From contig CAIWXP010000183.1 of the NCBI GenBank assembly GCA_903916665.1, positions 1 to 15,209 on the forward strand: 15,209 bases of DNA, given 5' to 3'. Source of the DNA: Candidatus Iainarchaeum sp. Its GTDB lineage: Archaea; Iainarchaeota; Iainarchaeia; Iainarchaeales; 0-14-0-20-30-16. The translations under genes and the position numbers were made by a program. Under the pieces are notes generated by a model, which saw only the letters and a list, made by a program, of their open reading frames with translations, did no database searches and was not told the origin of the DNA. Of this stretch, positions 14,601 to 15,209 are shown piece by piece (the stretch's first letter is position 1; each line of letters starts with the position of its first letter).

Positions 14601-15209
14601 CTATTTTTTGTTAAATTAACTGGCGCTTTACTTAAATTATCAACAAACATTAATCTACAAAGACCAGGATTACAACTTTGTTTTACACTAGGATAGTTTT
14701 CAACATTTGCAGTTATACTAACATTATCACAACTAATTTTAATATCACTCAAATTTCCTTTTACAACTGGCAATTCATTATTATAATCTTGACATTCTAT
14801 TTTAACTTTTCCATCTTTTTCTAAAAAACCATTTTGAGTATTAAAAATAAATGAAAATATATTCTCTTTTTGTTTTGTTACTGCTTTTGAATCAGATTTT
14901 GTTGGAGAAGTTAAACTTAATACAATTTCTGATTTATTTGTTGTAAATTGTTTTATTATGGGCGTTAAATCTTTTAATGTTACTTTAGCATTAATTGTTG
15001 AATCGCTTAAAGCATTAAATATAACCGGGCCTTTAATATTTTTTCCTGTACCAACTAATTCAACTGGATCTTTTGATGTTAATGTAATTGTATAGGAATC
15101 AGTTAATAATTTTCCATCTAGATTTATTTTCAAAGTATAGCTATTCATACCCGATGAAAATGCAGTAAAATAAACTATTATTGCAATAATAATTAAAAAT
15201 AATACTAAA
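8612..15209 (-). CDS. Giant (at least 2198 aa visible) paralog of gene B (gene A). It is 5'-partial; the true start lies beyond the right window edge.
   Basis: The ORF track starts it at Met 15148, but the frame stays open to 15209. The 20 extra codons read LVLFLIIIAIIVYFTAFSSG before MNSY, matching aa 66-85 of protein B (LVLFLIIIAVIVYFTVFSSA before M86 NSY). So Met 15148 is internal and the TM helix and tail lie upstream. Stop is TGA at 8612-8614. Confidence 0.92.
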   Translation of the reverse strand, partial: LVLFLIIIAIIVYFTAFSSGMNSYTLKINLDGKLLTDSYTITLTSKDPVELVGTGKNIKGPVIFNALSDSTINAKVTLKDLTPIIKQFTTNKSEIVLSLTSPTKSDSKAVTKQKENIFSFIFNTQNGFLEKDGKVKIECQDYNNELPVVKGNLSDIKISCDNVSITANVENYPSVKQSCNPGLCRLMFVDNLSKAPVNLTKNRLVVYVRYANNDPIKDFTVEVREDSTGQELIDSGKTKDFGAYNIDLAEGKYVILVSDPNNVYASQTQNVEVHAGNQNPIYFTMQEKAIGNLNISFDVEDKNYVNGTLFFKDANQLILQSKPFDSNNSLVMPITKKGSYNLSLSLSADKTNDYIADVLPITYDKDSGDMDVKYSIRKTNPFTDQNVVVQVIDSTTQNPIPFAKIWFTSVDGSLLDYGVDGAFVLTDANGIFYKVMPVGSYNVNLKHYYLSGIQGFSVDQTKSLTMTTKNVSLAVAWGNATINVCLKDISNGDLNDAYVDVYSTDGLESSFYLDAQNNCATKQVKSLENIYFHVKKTDYYEKYTQTYFVLNNETYNIDIVLEKTRPVEPVQNLDYQFDGIYNDSYLKEPATKLDTSKDYYYSFKVKVPKAYVNNNRTIKFVGVTGDLKDENATNSKMQTRLVNDSGIINYYPDYKQNNLDLMSGTILDVEDDFAYKAKSFANIHRFDAPAENDVELQYVVKTSITTNVNPSAVNGDSIVFNYGFGLDNDKINLTKIVKKIGTNICETEICVDAYDSANNSITSPYNASAVGRIYGKVRFSNKDYNFALYNSDEKAIKSKAELLDLSVALNGAEYGINNVDGSKDSKAMSSGPIYVDNQPVNQGQYLDFDFNYSLVTNNSASLNFNAYKDFWDINNTVYSLQFMNSANGELTVNYPDYIVPYISNDIKLVVLGQDNYPVHGAEIKYYEYSNSNWHLLNDKTAYTDKTGYVELNTNPVARNDKIKLVVSADNYKANVKEINSDFNGFDPKGPLTINVIYPTDPANPQKEVEVQNDLGYDLNIYDLNYYWDYTKTDEEFINRFLTIENMTNKFANGFILHSTDTEKKLSLPVVYDPQLLQTLDGTKTISGSLYFNFTPKDGVSELIAKSNDIRMYKNIPITFNFGFEGKPGNEPCLRLQFESAETAPLKDIVFLDSKEDKVYLRVFNDCTLANGFKYKFKDVFLELNTGLDISVEVSDKTGEVLFSGNTNKDKQIPLKYSLDGGSDVEPAVYILKLDVVGDFNELAMSSAAFDLTADVVGKYKSTASADLLDSKSTNETLSLQFKTAEDCLKFGLDSDTAKTIGASENDYILENTDILKLPYYLVGERAVDNNETILYSRDSLDSQDSVNAKNVYNDRYEITELPLVVSNGCGKTINFKLCNTNNPDLDKYCNISGTEPLDLVSSSFLGQPNTEINLAADQNYKFSLMRPDSFSGAAIIPLTLLSIEDNSTETREINQIVKDVKINIEGSVGANNFVVNPFILDMNTKMPFYYFKNEYYPNMDYYTLLSNNVPDSPFWDNDGRNCRVGSVIKGKFDVNAILFGGKLSDSNYFFKTHGDWEDTSGAGSPKSVGGGGCGFSVGSMEYSNIIKKGFLSLVFDGYQYWDDIYRDAGLDTIAGRSYDDFCGAYQSHCSSTCGTQEHEGAGYAYMVYVGDENYSLFPKLNYDFSSINENSDYFDQCKIHEVYFTGHYLDPIPYHQIYDYVKEIGTKLNEEKYPYFINAAFGFFRGNSGGGTNVSAVTFCPENYDPVNITLELVHGGEDSITKKFMVKDPYIENGYKAYIFGGDIGLDTMGGKGYRNTGMGDYKILTVCRLNKDKFRPNFYAIDRDFNEVSYDKLDITGEASGVRLYKELPKPKYVVNENSNCFGGGMTGSDVIPKISFNEKVNDCSVGSKYICNMSDFVDYLKVLSNSNNGTKVDFVAQLLYDNYTREALDIYNKSFLSNKNVTVSFLSSSGESLGILPTGIYSGTLYKESDTNFKVYLTYETYLMPDHLFYYMPYTPNPDYGIGTTIGGTLFYKSGISYPNSTNTNISPLFTYNLIESLYSKDNLPITMVGRVALTDIGGNGEITFYPNELRIKPITLIADDLSVDMKGEVSYEGIFVKKNDKIYSAGITYDVIKSEDNSTVTIKKRPNVDYSDDQLYLAYVVKSNTSVDTDAQVYQVSNMSEINDKIATSDICYTMKDNEYIYYWNITNILLGQE
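8615..9637 (-). other. Conserved C-terminal (membrane-distal) module of protein A (aa ~1838-2178), family unknown
   Basis: Same motifs as the B module. YLMPDHLFYYMPYTPNPDYGIGTTI is encoded at 9182..9256, against 1875..1949 in B. Confidence 0.6.
8629..8636 (-). promoter_or_regulatory. A/T-only octamer AAATATAT at -30..-23 from the gene B ATG, inside the 3' end of gene A (very weak candidate promoter)
   Basis: Same distance from the ATG as the element upstream of gene C. It cannot be distinguished from background composition. Confidence 0.12.
12278..12499 (-). other. Prealbumin-like domain 4, protein A (aa 884-957)
   Basis: NDIKLVVLGQDNYPVHGAEIKYYEYSNSNWHLLNDKTAYTDKTGYVELNTNPVARNDKIKLVVSADNYKANVKEI. 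Confidence 0.5.
13526..13774 (-). other. Prealbumin-like domain 3, protein A (aa 459-541)
   Basis: NATINVCLKDISNGDLNDAYVDVYSTDGLESSFYLDAQNNCATKQVKSLENIYFHVKKTDYYEKYTQTY. Confidence 0.5.
13829..14059 (-). other. Prealbumin-like (CarboxypepD_reg-like) domain 2, protein A (aa 364-440)
   Basis: QNVVVQVIDSTTQNPIPFAKIWFTSVDGSLLDYGVDGAFVLTDANGIFYKVMPVGSYNVNLKHYYLSG. Confidence 0.6.
13988..14065. repeat. Second high-identity island, copy in gene A (encodes FTDQNVVVQVIDSTTQNPIPFAKIWF)
   Basis: See the copy in gene B. Confidence 0.85.
14351..14602 (-). other. Prealbumin-like beta-sandwich domain 1, protein A (aa 183-266)
   Basis: RLVVYVRYANNDPIKDFTVEVREDSTGQELIDSGKTKDFGAYNIDLAEGKYVILVSDPNNVYA. It is colinear with B domain 1. 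Confidence 0.45.
14657..14794 (-). other. Four-cysteine module (C-x20-C-x18-C-x4-C) of protein A (aa 119-164)
   Basis: IECQDYNNELPVVKGNLSDIKISCDNVSITANVENYPSVKQSCNPGLCRLM. The Cys codons were verified at 14792-14794 and 14657-14659. Confidence 0.6.
14924..15209. repeat. Dispersed direct repeat, copy 2 (5' coding region of gene A). It probably continues beyond the window edge.
   Basis: See copy 1. Similarity is still high at the last base of the window. Confidence 0.9.
15158..15209 (-). other. Predicted transmembrane / signal-anchor helix of protein A (truncated by the window edge)
   Basis: Codons upstream of the ORF-track Met read LVLFLIIIAIIVYFTAF, nearly identical to the TM helix of protein B. 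Confidence 0.75.

Noticed and set aside
1-15209. High density of N-x-S/T sequons, which might suggest heavy N-glycosylation.
   Set aside because: With Asn near 12% and Ser+Thr near 16%, dozens of sequons per protein are expected by chance. I cannot show enrichment without a computation, so this is not offered as evidence of glycosylation or of archaeal origin.

Overview
AT-rich window (about 25-30% G+C by eye), almost entirely coding on the minus strand. It holds three co-directional, tightly packed genes. Gene A (8612..>15209) is cut at its 5' end by the right edge, with at least 2198 codons visible. Gene B (1314..8606) is complete at 2430 aa. Gene C (<1..1281) is the first 427 codons of a gene that runs off the left edge. 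Gene C is missing from the supplied ORF track because it has no stop in the window; I confirmed by hand that the frame is open.

All three encode paralogous proteins with the same N-terminal plan: a charged tail, one hydrophobic helix, a beta-sandwich, a four-cysteine module and a carboxypeptidase-regulatory-like (prealbumin-fold) domain. A and B are colinear along their whole length. Conservation between them is strongly mosaic:
- Two near-identical nucleotide islands: about 95% over 241 nt at the 5' ends, and about 91% over 78 nt.
- Roughly 50% amino-acid identity elsewhere (by eye).
- Reciprocal lineage-specific insertions: a Gly/Cys/His-rich insert of about 95 aa in A, and about 265-295 aa in B.
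- A conserved C-terminal module of about 340 aa whose motifs I cannot assign to any family.

I found no rRNA, tRNA, CRISPR, transposase, integrase or enzyme motif. Spacers are 5 nt (A/B) and 32 nt (B/C), with no terminator hairpins, so this looks like one very long operon.

My interpretation, which is inference only: this is a multigene locus for giant, disulfide-rich cell-surface fibre or adhesin-like proteins. The host would be a low-GC, standard-genetic-code prokaryote, possibly a small-genome episymbiont such as a DPANN archaeon or CPR bacterium. The paralogs appear to be partly homogenised by gene conversion and diversified by cassette insertion. Lineage and function cannot be established from the sequence alone.
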